A program made the translations under genes and the position numbers. This document shows positions 8,364 to 17,671 of a stretch of 64,000 bases of DNA, piece by piece. The stretch is from positions 1-64,000 of IMG/VR virus record IMGVR_UViG_3300045988_108820; one strand, written 5' to 3'. This stretch comes from a virus. The notes under the pieces were generated by a model. That model searched no databases and was not told the origin of the DNA. It worked only from the letters and a program-made list of their open reading frames with translations. Each line of letters starts with the position of its first letter. The stretch's first letter is position 1.

Positions 8364-10535
8364 TTATACACCTTTACTATAAACTCTCTTGTTAGCTTCA
8401 ATCTGCCTGTCTTTACCAAATGACTTGATAGGTCTAAGATAGCCAATTACCCTTGTATATTGAGTTATATTCTTACTATGACACTTTGGACATTCAGTAA
8501 TAGGATGCTTAGTAATGTAACCACAATCATCACACTTACTATTTGGTATATTAAAGGTAAAGTAGTTAGTACCTTCTTTAACTGCAAATTCAATCAACTT
8601 AAGATACTGTTCTTTACTTAAATGGTCTTCAAGATTAATATGACAAGCTGAACCTCCATCACAATATTGTGCTGTCTGCCTTCCATGTAAAATCATCTTA
8701 TCTAGTACTGAAGTATCATCATGAGCATCAAAGAAATATGAGTTATAAAGATTTTCATCTTCAGGAACCCAATAGCCATCCTTTTTATCCCATCTATAGT
8801 TCTTACCACCAAGAGATTCAGCAGGAACTACCTCAGAATTAAACAAGAAAGGTCTCTTACTATCATGTATAGAGTGTAACTTGTTCTGTTCCTTAATAGT
8901 GCCAAGAATCAATTGCAAGAACTTAATATATTCAGAATTATTAGATACCTCAAGACCTAAGAATCTAGCTGCTTCATTCAAGCCATTGATACCAATGGTA
9001 CTATATAACTTGTTCATGTGTATATAGCCACCATTACAAGCTGCAAACATGCCTTTCTCTTCTTGCTCATAAAGCATTGTTTTATATGCTATATGATACT
9101 TATATACTCTTTGGAGAATATCTACTAAGTAATCTATAAGAAACGAAGTATTTTCTTTCCATCCCCCATTTCTCTTTAATCCATAAGCCTTATCACAATC
9201 TTGAACAATCCTATTAATGTTAAGAGTAATTACATTACATGAACCAGTCATTACACCAGTAAGACCTGATGTAGGATTGAAAGTATTCTCCGCAAGTTCA
9301 TTCCTCAACCTACAGCATGATGCAAGACTATCAGCACTATCTGAAATATAAGTGAAGAATGAATGTCCCTCTGCATACATTTCTGCACAAAAGTCCTTAT
9401 ATTCCTTATCTATAATATCTTTGTCATCATGTACCATTGCTAGAGTTTCAACAGGAAAAGTTAAAATCTGCTTAGTTCTAAGTTTATTGAAAAACTTCAT
9501 AAACATCTTCTGAAGAACATTAATTGCAGCCCATTCAGGCTTAGTTCCATCGGGGTAGTAAAACTCTCCAAACAATGAACTAAAGTATGTATGGTCATAA
9601 TAAGATATATTTGTAAATGGACTCTGATATGACCTATTACCAGCAGGTTGATTAATACCATAGATAAACTGTTTGAAAGCTTTCTCTATAAAATCTCTGA
9701 CTGTCCTTTGAGCCTTACAATGAGAATTTGTTACAACACAATCAAGCTTCTCATACCACTTATCTCCAAACTCTGCAATAATGTAATAATTTAGAGCAAT
9801 GAAATATTCTCCAAAGGCTACTGCACCTTTACACTGGGAAGAAAGCAAGAAGGTAAGATTAGTTATTTGTCCACTAAATGATTGTAGGTCATTAGGAGGA
9901 GTGGGTGTTACACCATCTATGTTACCTACACCTTCTGTCATAAGTGGATAAAGAGTATCTGCCTGACAATAGAACTTCAAAGTAGGTACACTAGCTTCAT
10001 CATGAGGATAGATTATATGATTCTCAACATCTATTTCATATTGCTTTGCTACCTCTGGATAAAGAACATTAAGTTCATCCTTCATCCTCTGTCTTTGAAT
10101 AATTCTATTCTTTGTCTTATAAACTTCTCCATCAAGATTGGCAACATTTTTCTGAGTTACATTAGCATTAGAGTCAGTCTCTGAAGAACTAGCAGCATTA
10201 TCATCAGAATCTGCATAGTTAGACATATAATCAATCCTTTCTCTAATAAACCTAGACTCTTCATGTTTACTTCTATAAATAATATAAGCTTTTGCTACAT
10301 CATAAGGTGCTAAATCCATAAGAATCTTCTCTACTTCCATCTGTATAGTAGCAACTCCCACTGTACTAGCTCCTACATGATAAGAGGGAATATAAGTTAA
10401 TTCCTTTAAAACTTCTTCATCAGGCTCTTTACCTTGAGAAGCATAAGCTTTCTTTACAGCATTGATTATTTTATTTAAATCAAATTCCTCAAGTTGACTT
10501 GGTTTACCTTTATTTGTTCTCTTTAGTACTTTCAT
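8364..10535 (-). CDS. nrdD: anaerobic (class III) ribonucleoside-triphosphate reductase
   Basis: N-terminal ATP-cone, C-terminal zinc ribbon CDDCGY...CPKCHS and glycyl-radical motif RVIGYLRP. Confidence 0.9.
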   Translation of the reverse strand: MKVLKRTNKGKPSQLEEFDLNKIINAVKKAYASQGKEPDEEVLKELTYIPSYHVGASTVGVATIQMEVEKILMDLAPYDVAKAYIIYRSKHEESRFIRERIDYMSNYADSDDNAASSSETDSNANVTQKNVANLDGEVYKTKNRIIQRQRMKDELNVLYPEVAKQYEIDVENHIIYPHDEASVPTLKFYCQADTLYPLMTEGVGNIDGVTPTPPNDLQSFSGQITNLTFLLSSQCKGAVAFGEYFIALNYYIIAEFGDKWYEKLDCVVTNSHCKAQRTVRDFIEKAFKQFIYGINQPAGNRSYQSPFTNISYYDHTYFSSLFGEFYYPDGTKPEWAAINVLQKMFMKFFNKLRTKQILTFPVETLAMVHDDKDIIDKEYKDFCAEMYAEGHSFFTYISDSADSLASCCRLRNELAENTFNPTSGLTGVMTGSCNVITLNINRIVQDCDKAYGLKRNGGWKENTSFLIDYLVDILQRVYKYHIAYKTMLYEQEEKGMFAACNGGYIHMNKLYSTIGINGLNEAARFLGLEVSNNSEYIKFLQLILGTIKEQNKLHSIHDSKRPFLFNSEVVPAESLGGKNYRWDKKDGYWVPEDENLYNSYFFDAHDDTSVLDKMILHGRQTAQYCDGGSACHINLEDHLSKEQYLKLIEFAVKEGTNYFTFNIPNSKCDDCGYITKHPITECPKCHSKNITQYTRVIGYLRPIKSFGKDRQIEANKRVYSKGV

Positions 10536-10951
10536 ATTTTATTAATCCAATCTTCAAGTTGGTTGGGATTTACCCTACTTATATTATTTGGAACAGCGGG
10601 TTTGTCCTTTAAATAATGTGATAACTCTTCTCCTATTGTAAATGGGTCTCTAAGGATTATTTGTTTATCCTTTCCAAGTGTTAAATCTCCCTTAGCTTCT
10701 GTTGATCTGAAATTCCATACAAGTGGTGTTAAAGTTTTCTTATTTGCTACTATAAACTTATAAGGAGCTAATTTGAAGTCTTTAAAATATAGATCTTTAT
10801 CCATATTATATCTAATTATTCTCCAATATAATCTAGCTTGAATGTCATAGTGCCACTCTAGGAAACTCTTATAGAAATCCCACTCTGTTTTAGAACTAGT
10901 TTTCAAATCCACAGGGACTACTAATTTCTTATCATGAAATACAATTAATTC
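10532..10951 (-). CDS. PD-(D/E)XK nuclease (RecB/YqaJ-like), exon 2
   Basis: The frame is open upstream of the track start. The inferred exon begins ELIVFHDKKLVVPVDLKTS, which carries the D-x-K of the nuclease motif. Confidence 0.65.
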   Translation of the reverse strand, partial: ELIVFHDKKLVVPVDLKTSSKTEWDFYKSFLEWHYDIQARLYWRIIRYNMDKDLYFKDFKLAPYKFIVANKKTLTPLVWNFRSTEAKGDLTLGKDKQIILRDPFTIGEELSHYLKDKPAVPNNISRVNPNQLEDWINKI

Positions 10952-12061
10952 CAGTTGTGTTATCTTATAGGCTCTTTATCCTATAATTCTACAGTTTCAT
11001 GTATATCTGTAGCTCGGACTATATCTTCATTTTTTCAAATGCTCGGCACTCTTGGGTATATTATATTCTATTTTATAGTTTCAATACCTAGTCTCTGAAC
11101 CTTCACTTTTTTAAAGGTGTGCTTGGCTGCTGATTGTCCCATCGGAGTTTCCAGCAATTCACCGAGTTTTAAGCGAACTCATACTTATTAATATTTGATA
11201 TTTATCATATTTTCTTTTTAAATAAAAATTAGAATCTAAGTATAGCCAATCTAAGATTTTCTTAACTTGATGCCCAGTATAATTAAGGTGATATACATCA
11301 TACTTTGTTTCCTTTCCTAGATAACCATTAGTAAGTGCTTGTTTTGTTATAATAGGTCTAACTTGTTCAAGGAAAACTTTTGATGCAGAAGTTAAATCAA
11401 ATCTACAATGATATATTTTATCTTGAAGTTGTAAACAACCGTCTCCATCAAAGAACCCTCTTATAAAGTGTCTATATAGAGATTTATCAATATTTGGAAA
11501 TTGGATTGTCCTAGTCTTATTAGGAGTACATCCCCAGCTTATTAAGTAATTACAGGATTTTTGAGAACTTACTTCTAAAACATAAGCATCATATCCTCTA
11601 TAAGTAACTTTTCTTATAGGATAATCACATTGTAGACAATCTCTAAATTTCATTATAATATCTTCATCTTTTAATTTTAGATAAAATTTATTTTTAGATA
11701 CACTGCCATCTGAATACATTAACCCTAGAAAATAAGCTTTTGCCTCTGTATCAATATATTCAAAGAAGTTTTCATCTATTAAGTGTCTTCCTACTCTATT
11801 TCTTCTATGCTTTGAATAATCTCTTTTATATATGATTCCTGCACTTCTAATATACTTTAATACTGTACTATTACTATATCCTAATTTTTCTCCTATTTCT
11901 ATAGGTTGCAATCCTTGATTATACAATTCAAGAATTGATTCTAAATTAATAACCTTTATATTCATACCTTTATTTTTAGATATATGTACAAAGGTAATGA
12001 TAATAAATCAAGTATACAAATCTGTAAGTAACTCTATAATGGAATTGTTATAAAGTTTTTA
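10952..12061 (-). mobile_element. group I intron 1 (about 1110 nt) in the nuclease gene
   Basis: Minus-strand core elements in order: P AATTGCTGGAAA (11148-11159), Q AATCAGCAGCC (11125-11135), R GGTTCAGAGACT (11090-11101), S AAGATATAGTCC (11016-11027). The 5' exon ends in U (GAT|taa) and the intron ends ...GATAACACAACTG|. Confidence 0.8.
11159..11965 (-). CDS. intron-encoded LAGLIDADG homing endonuclease with N-terminal HTH
   Basis: Two LAGLIDADG motifs (YFLGLMYSDGSV, FIRGFFDGDGCL); N-terminal HTH (GYSNSTVLKYIRSAG). Confidence 0.85.
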   Translation of the reverse strand: MNIKVINLESILELYNQGLQPIEIGEKLGYSNSTVLKYIRSAGIIYKRDYSKHRRNRVGRHLIDENFFEYIDTEAKAYFLGLMYSDGSVSKNKFYLKLKDEDIIMKFRDCLQCDYPIRKVTYRGYDAYVLEVSSQKSCNYLISWGCTPNKTRTIQFPNIDKSLYRHFIRGFFDGDGCLQLQDKIYHCRFDLTSASKVFLEQVRPIITKQALTNGYLGKETKYDVYHLNYTGHQVKKILDWLYLDSNFYLKRKYDKYQILISMSSLKTR

Positions 12062-12694
12062 ATCCGCCATACATCTATAATCAATATTATTGAAAGTTGC
12101 TTTAAATTTTAGTTGATAAAATCTTTGTATGCTATTATCAAATATATTATCTGGCTCAAAATAGAACTTAGTTGCATTAGATGTTTTAAGTGCATCAATA
12201 GTATTCTGAACATCATTATAAAGTTGAGTACTAATAATTTTCTTTTCCCCAGCTAAATATAATAGACTGTAGTATCCAGCACAATCTTCTTTAATCTTTT
12301 TGACTCTTGTTTTTGGTAGCCAATGATTATTCCATTGTATATCATTAATAGATAACAAAATGTCATCATCAGGAATATCCTTTAGTGTATGATATTTATC
12401 TTTAAAGTCATTAAATAATTTTTTAACAATGGCAACAAGAGTATCTGATAAATTATTATCAAGTTCTGCTACCATGAATAATTTATTAAATTCTTCTTCA
12501 CTTCCTGTAATAAGAGTATCTACACAAGAGCCAAAAATAAGAGAAGGAGTCTCTATCCTATCAAATAATTTGTCTAGGTTATTGAATCCTTCTCTTTCGT
12601 AGCGTGCTAAAATACTATATGACAAGGCAGGATCTGCTCTATATGTAGATTCATCTACCTGCCATGATATATCTTTTAGGCTTTTTCTTTCCAT
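12062..12694 (-). CDS. PD-(D/E)XK nuclease, exon 1
   Basis: Ends ...DYRCMAD directly before an in-frame TAA. Joined product: ...CMAD|ELIVFHDKKLVVPVDLKTS (G.iD....D.K pattern). Confidence 0.65.
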
Positions 12695-12710
12695 TTAATT
12701 AAACTTAAAT

Positions 12711-12986
12711 TTAATCTAGATCATCAGAAATATCAAACAAATCTAGATAAGAGGTATATTCTCTTACATCTAGAGTTAATTGTTCTAATTGACCTCTATC
12801 TACTTTTAACCACTTCTCTTTATGAATATCATTATAATCATCCCTTTTCTTCATAAATAAACAAGATTCAACTATTTCACGAAGCTTCAAGAGTTCTCTA
12901 TGTTCTAAGAATTGATTACAAAGTGCAGCATCTCTAGGTGGTAGGCATTTTAAGTTCTGCTGAATTCTTTGGTAAAGTTGGTTCAT
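12711..12986 (-). CDS. hypothetical protein (91 aa)
   Basis: Intact ORF with a 53-nt overlap onto the upstream gene. Confidence 0.45.
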   Translation of the reverse strand: MNQLYQRIQQNLKCLPPRDAALCNQFLEHRELLKLREIVESCLFMKKRDDYNDIHKEKWLKVDRGQLEQLTLDVREYTSYLDLFDISDDLD

Positions 12987-13473
12987 ACTCCTTAATTATT
13001 TCTATAGCTTGAAGTAATTGCTTCTTTGTGTAGATTTCAAAGTATATGGAATGTTGCTTAGTTCTAATAAATATATCATCTAAATATTTTCTAAAAAGTT
13101 TTTTCTTTAGATAGAAAACATCATTCTCTATACCTTTAGCTTCTACATACACATCTAAGTTACCATATTTGAAATAAAAGTCTGGGGTATATCTGATTCC
13201 AACAATTTTACCTGTTTTTAATGTTAATATTTTGCTCTTTGTAGTGCCACCATTATTTATTCTCTTAGTTTGCTGAGCATCAGATTCTTTATCATAGAAA
13301 GGAGTCATTGGAATAAACCCACTCCATAATTCATGTGTTTTAGGTTCATATTGTGGGTTAAATCCTTGTTCTAAAAGAGTTTTATAAATACTCTTTTCGA
13401 GTTGAGATTTAAAGGTCAGATTACCAGACTTACACTCTGTGGCATTTCTGATTTTCTTATTATTTTTAGGCAT
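12934..13473 (-). CDS. putative PD-(D/E)XK endonuclease (DUF1064-like motif)
   Basis: IRYTPDFYFKYGNLDVYVEAKG matches the remembered YtPDF....vEvKG core of DUF1064-type phage endonucleases. Confidence 0.45.
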   Translation of the reverse strand: MPKNNKKIRNATECKSGNLTFKSQLEKSIYKTLLEQGFNPQYEPKTHELWSGFIPMTPFYDKESDAQQTKRINNGGTTKSKILTLKTGKIVGIRYTPDFYFKYGNLDVYVEAKGIENDVFYLKKKLFRKYLDDIFIRTKQHSIYFEIYTKKQLLQAIEIIKEYEPTLPKNSAELKMPTT

Positions 13474-14005
13474 TCTTAAAAGTATTCTTTAGAAGCTCTT
13501 TAGTAATAGAGTATGCAATTTTAGCATCCTCAACGCTTCTAAAAGCTGGAAAAGCCCTATAACTCTTTATAGATTCTTTACAAATTTCATGTATTTTACC
13601 ATCTTGTGCTGTAATAGCAAATATCTTTTCACTATCATTAATATGATCTTTGTATTTCTTATCTAACTCAATAGCAATCTCTTTAAGTATAAATTGAGTA
13701 GTTGCCCATGGATTAACTTTATAAAGAGTTTCTAGGATTTTACTTACTTTTTCTATCTTCCAATTAGTTTTCTTTGATATTCTTTCCAATGAATTATTCC
13801 AAAGAAAATCAAAATCATTACTAGAATCTTCTACCTTCTTCACCTTACCATCTTTAATTAATTTTTGCAACATCTGTCTAGTAGCAATAGTGGTTTTAAA
13901 AACTTTTGTAATACCACCAACAGAGTTTTTGAAAATACTTACAATGGTAATTTCATCACCTATTCTGATTTCATTACCATCAGAAATTGAAATAAATTTT
14001 GTCAT
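13466..14005 (-). CDS. hypothetical protein (179 aa)
   Basis: Intact ORF; no motif recognised. Confidence 0.5.
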   Translation of the reverse strand: MTKFISISDGNEIRIGDEITIVSIFKNSVGGITKVFKTTIATRQMLQKLIKDGKVKKVEDSSNDFDFLWNNSLERISKKTNWKIEKVSKILETLYKVNPWATTQFILKEIAIELDKKYKDHINDSEKIFAITAQDGKIHEICKESIKSYRAFPAFRSVEDAKIAYSITKELLKNTFKNA

Positions 14006-14018
14006 TTTCTTATTTTAT

Positions 14019-14519
14019 TTATTTGTTAATAAACTCTTCTTTGAACCATTCTATTCTCTCTTCATAAAGATCATAGAGTATTTTATTTATTTCTACCCAT
14101 ATATTATGAGGAAATCTTTTATTAGTTCTTGCAAAGTATGAAGGATGGTCAGTTTTTATTATATAATTATCCTTCTCAATATAAGGTTCTAATATTTTTG
14201 CTTGACTTCCAAATAATACATAGATAGTTCCAGGTTTTAGCATTGACATTTTCTTTAAAAGGGAAATCATAAAAGGTCTCCAATTTAAAATGTGAACTCC
14301 AACTTTTCCAACTTCTGTAGTTAAGGCAGAGTTAATCATTAGTATTCCTTGCTTTGCCCAACTCTCTAATGAGTTGTCAAAGGTAATCAAATTATGCGGA
14401 ATTTCAAAATTTATAACTGATTCTTTTACTACTTTTAAAGACGGAGATAATTTATTTTCTGGAGTATTGAGGGAATTTCCAAATAGAATTCCTTGAGCTA
14501 TACCCTTTTGAGGGTAGGG
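14019..14519 (-). CDS. ung: uracil-DNA glycosylase (family 1), exon 2
   Basis: Begins PYPQKGIAQGILF (second half of GQDPY) and contains LMINSALT and the TDHPSYF (HPS) motif. Confidence 0.8.
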   Translation of the reverse strand, partial: PYPQKGIAQGILFGNSLNTPENKLSPSLKVVKESVINFEIPHNLITFDNSLESWAKQGILMINSALTTEVGKVGVHILNWRPFMISLLKKMSMLKPGTIYVLFGSQAKILEPYIEKDNYIIKTDHPSYFARTNKRFPHNIWVEINKILYDLYEERIEWFKEEFINK

Positions 14520-15444
14520 CAATTTGTTATCATAGAAGCTCTTTATCTTCTATATCTACATATTACTATGTAGTTCGGACTATATCTTCACTATTGCTAG
14601 TGCAGGGCACTCTTGTCAGGTTTATTATTTATGCTATTCACCTGTTAGTCTCTGAACCTTCTACATACTTTTATGCACTTCTGTAGCTTGGCTGCCGATT
14701 GTCCTAGTAGGATGTTCCAGCAATTCACCCTGTTTATACAGAACCCTTTCTCTATAATTAACCAATTTGTATTGCATTGATGGAATGATGTATTCCTTTA
14801 TTATAGAAACAAACAGTTTAAAGTCTTTGGCTTGCAAGTACATACTATTATCATGTTTTCCTACATTAAAATGTAAATTAAATTTTTTTAATAATATGTC
14901 AGACAGAAGCTTTTGTTCATCTAAGGTAAAAGAGCATGTAGATAATATACATGAATTTTTAGTTACATAGCCATCATCCATATACCAAATAGCTAATCCA
15001 AGAGCATCAATATCATCTACAAAGTCTTTTAGTACTCTTTTGTGACCTTGAGCATCATAATATTTCTCTCTTATATTAGTGAATATAGGATGTAATCTAG
15101 ATTTATGTCTACATTCTATCAACTCATGTGTATATCTTTTATTTCTAATAATATTATATCTTATAGTAGATGCTAGTCCATATTTATTCAGAATATCTAC
15201 TTTATATTGTAGGTATTCTTTTTGTTTTATGGAATGGGCAATACTTAGACACATATTTTTAGCAGTTCCTCCTGGGGAGCAAAAGCATCCATCTCCTAAC
15301 AAACTTCCAATCAAGAGCTGTTTCAAATCATTTCCAACTATTAATTCTTTATAATTCTTCATATCACTTTATTTTAGTGATACAAAGATAAGGTATTTGT
15401 CCTATTATTGCAATACTTTAAATAGACTATTTATAGATATGCTA
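14520..15444 (-). mobile_element. group I intron 2 (925 nt) in ung
   Basis: Core elements P (14714-14725), Q (14690-14700), R (14647-14658) and S (14577-14588) are near-identical to intron 1. 5' splice site GAT|tag; 3' end ...GATAACAAATTG|. Confidence 0.8.
14661..15362 (-). CDS. intron-encoded LAGLIDADG homing endonuclease
   Basis: LIGSLLGDGCF and LAIWYMDDGYV motifs; the C-terminus overlaps the intron core. Confidence 0.8.
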   Translation of the reverse strand: MKNYKELIVGNDLKQLLIGSLLGDGCFCSPGGTAKNMCLSIAHSIKQKEYLQYKVDILNKYGLASTIRYNIIRNKRYTHELIECRHKSRLHPIFTNIREKYYDAQGHKRVLKDFVDDIDALGLAIWYMDDGYVTKNSCILSTCSFTLDEQKLLSDILLKKFNLHFNVGKHDNSMYLQAKDFKLFVSIIKEYIIPSMQYKLVNYRERVLYKQGELLEHPTRTIGSQATEVHKSM

Positions 15445-15627
15445 ATCCTGCCCTATAAAGATAACTCTGCAACTATTATAAGGGCAAAGTTTGAATGCTT
15501 TAAATACATCTCTTATTGATGGACATAAAGTGGATTGATTAACACTTTTTAACCAACCCATTATCTTCATAGTCTCATTTCTATCTAGCACTTTCATCCA
15601 ATCCCCAAAATATTCATCTATTGTCAT
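15445..15627 (-). CDS. ung: uracil-DNA glycosylase, exon 1
   Basis: Ends ...CRVIFIGQD followed immediately by TAG. Joining to exon 2 restores GQD|PYP. Confidence 0.8.
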
Positions 15628-15991
15628 AGCTTTCTATTAACAATACACTCTTTTGCAATTTCAAGAAGTTTATCTTGTATGCTTTCAACTGTAGTTCCAG
15701 GTAATTCTGGGATATGAATTTTATATGTAGAATCTTCTTCTGTACCCATAGTTCCTTCATAGATTACTTTTGTTACATAACTACAGTCAAAGCCATCTTC
15801 TACATCTAAAGGAATAACATCAGAGTTCTCATCATATTGAATAATATCCATAGGAAGATAAGCACAAGTTCTAAGCTTTCCATAATTATCATAAGGAGGT
15901 ACAGCAACTACATCAGCAGGATTGATAAGACAAGCTAGTCCAGTATTTCCATAATAATTCTTCTTCAACCACCCTCTACCTCCAATGTGTA
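15624..15991 (-). CDS. rIIB: rIIB-like protein, exon 2
   Basis: The frame is open upstream of the TTG track start. The inferred exon starts (L)HIGGRGWLKKNYY.... KLRTCAYLP resembles T4 rIIB ...KMRTCQYEV (from memory). Confidence 0.55.
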
Positions 15992-17076
15992 CAATTTTAT
16001 TATCTATAGAGCTTTTTATCTCTATATTCTATAGGTATTTGGATTTCCCTATAGTTTAGCATATATTTTCACCCTCAATTAAGTAGGGTATGAGCACTCG
16101 TGGACAGATTATATTCTTATTTATAAGGTTCACTGTCTATGCGTTACACTGAGCATAACTCTTTAGTTTTATGCTTTAGCTCGGTATTGTTACAATAATT
16201 AATACTATTAATTGCATTTATATATTTTCTTCTCAAATAATAAGTACATCCTTCATAAAGGTTTTTACAGATAATTAAAACATCAGACTTCTTTTCATAG
16301 GATAAAGTATAATAGTTATTTATATGATGTAAATGTCCCCTACATTGACTGAAATAACTTTGTATCTCCTCCAATATTCTAGGTACTCCATTACACCAAG
16401 TAATACCTAATTTATACCATGTTCCTTGTTTGTCAAATCTAATACAGCCATCACCATCTGTATAGCCTCTTATAAAGTCTTTCTTATATTGGAATGGAAT
16501 TTTAAGTAGAATATCACAATTAGTATGTGTCTTATCAGTAGTAAAGCCTAATTCTTGTAATTTTTTATACAATCTTTTAGACCTAAATCTGATTTTTACT
16601 TGAGGATTTCTTTTTATATTTTGATAATTTATATATTGAATAATAGATGTTGGAGCTATAAATTTTTTAATAAGTTCTAATATCTCTACATCTTTTTCAT
16701 TTAATAAAATTCCTATTCTACCATCACTTGATATATAACCATCAGCATATAAAATTCCTAATAAATAAGCTTTTATTTCGGAGTCTATATTATCAAAGAA
16801 ATCATCCCTACACACATATTTTCTTTGGTCTGCGTTTTTTCCTAGCTTTTGTCTAATCCAATAATCCCATGTTCCTCTAGAAATATTGTATTTTTCTCTA
16901 ATTTGAGAATAAGAGAGCCTATTTTTAATATGCTCCTCTTCATAAATTTTTAAAAAGTTCATATCTTTTATATTAATACTGCAAAGATACGACCTTTTCT
17001 GCAATTATCCAAATAATTTCACCGATTTTGCTCAATATTTTACAATACTATTACTAGTAAAGTGGGCTACATATTA
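15992..17076 (-). mobile_element. group I intron 3 (about 1085 nt) in rIIB-like gene
   Basis: The 3' end GATAATAAAATTG| is shared with the other introns, and there is a conserved block ...GAGATAAAAAGCTC.... The core is more diverged. The junction was chosen by analogy and by reading-frame restoration. Confidence 0.6.
16144..17004 (-). CDS. intron-encoded LAGLIDADG homing endonuclease with HTH
   Basis: YLLGILYADGYI and FIRGYTDGDGCI; N-terminal HTH-like SYSQIREKYNISRGTWDYW. Confidence 0.8.
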   Translation of the reverse strand: MQKRSYLCSINIKDMNFLKIYEEEHIKNRLSYSQIREKYNISRGTWDYWIRQKLGKNADQRKYVCRDDFFDNIDSEIKAYLLGILYADGYISSDGRIGILLNEKDVEILELIKKFIAPTSIIQYINYQNIKRNPQVKIRFRSKRLYKKLQELGFTTDKTHTNCDILLKIPFQYKKDFIRGYTDGDGCIRFDKQGTWYKLGITWCNGVPRILEEIQSYFSQCRGHLHHINNYYTLSYEKKSDVLIICKNLYEGCTYYLRRKYINAINSINYCNNTELKHKTKELCSV

Positions 17077-17671
17077 ACCCTGTACTACAAGTATTCTCTT
17101 GTACAGTATCACATTTATCTCTATCCATAGTAACCATCTCACCAATTTTAATCTTGAAAGTATGAGAATGATGGTCAGTAAATACATTTTCTTCATTTGT
17201 ATTATCTACATTTCTGTAACCTACGAAGAATCCACATCTTGAAATGGTCATACCATATCTCTTTAAGAACCAAAATAGATTCTTTCTACATCTTTCATCT
17301 GGGTTAAGTGACATAAGTGTCCAAAAATTTCTATATGTAGAAATCTTTAAGTCATTATGCTCTAGTTCAGCATCTACAATAGCTTCTGCTAATTCTATTG
17401 GAATAGATAAACTAGACACATTATCCCAATAAATAGTATTATCATACACTCTAAGAAGTTTAGACTGTCTTAGTTTCTCAATTGTAGATAATACTTGATT
17501 ACGAGACTCTACTTCTTGCCCATACTCTGGGAATAAAATTTTTAGAACTTCATTATCTGACTGAGAATTAACTATCTCATTAAATTCCTCATCAGTAACA
17601 GTCCCCTCAACAAAGTTACCATTATTGAGAAAAACAGTAACTTTGTTATCAACTTTAATTACTTTCTGCAT
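17077..17671 (-). CDS. rIIB: rIIB-like protein, exon 1
   Basis: ...FTDHHSHTFKIKIGEMVTMDRDKCDTVQENTCSTG(L) parallels T4 rIIB ...FDCHSNTFDNSPGKVVKMPRTRVNDDDTQTCSRGLH (from memory). Lies directly downstream of rIIA. Confidence 0.55.
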
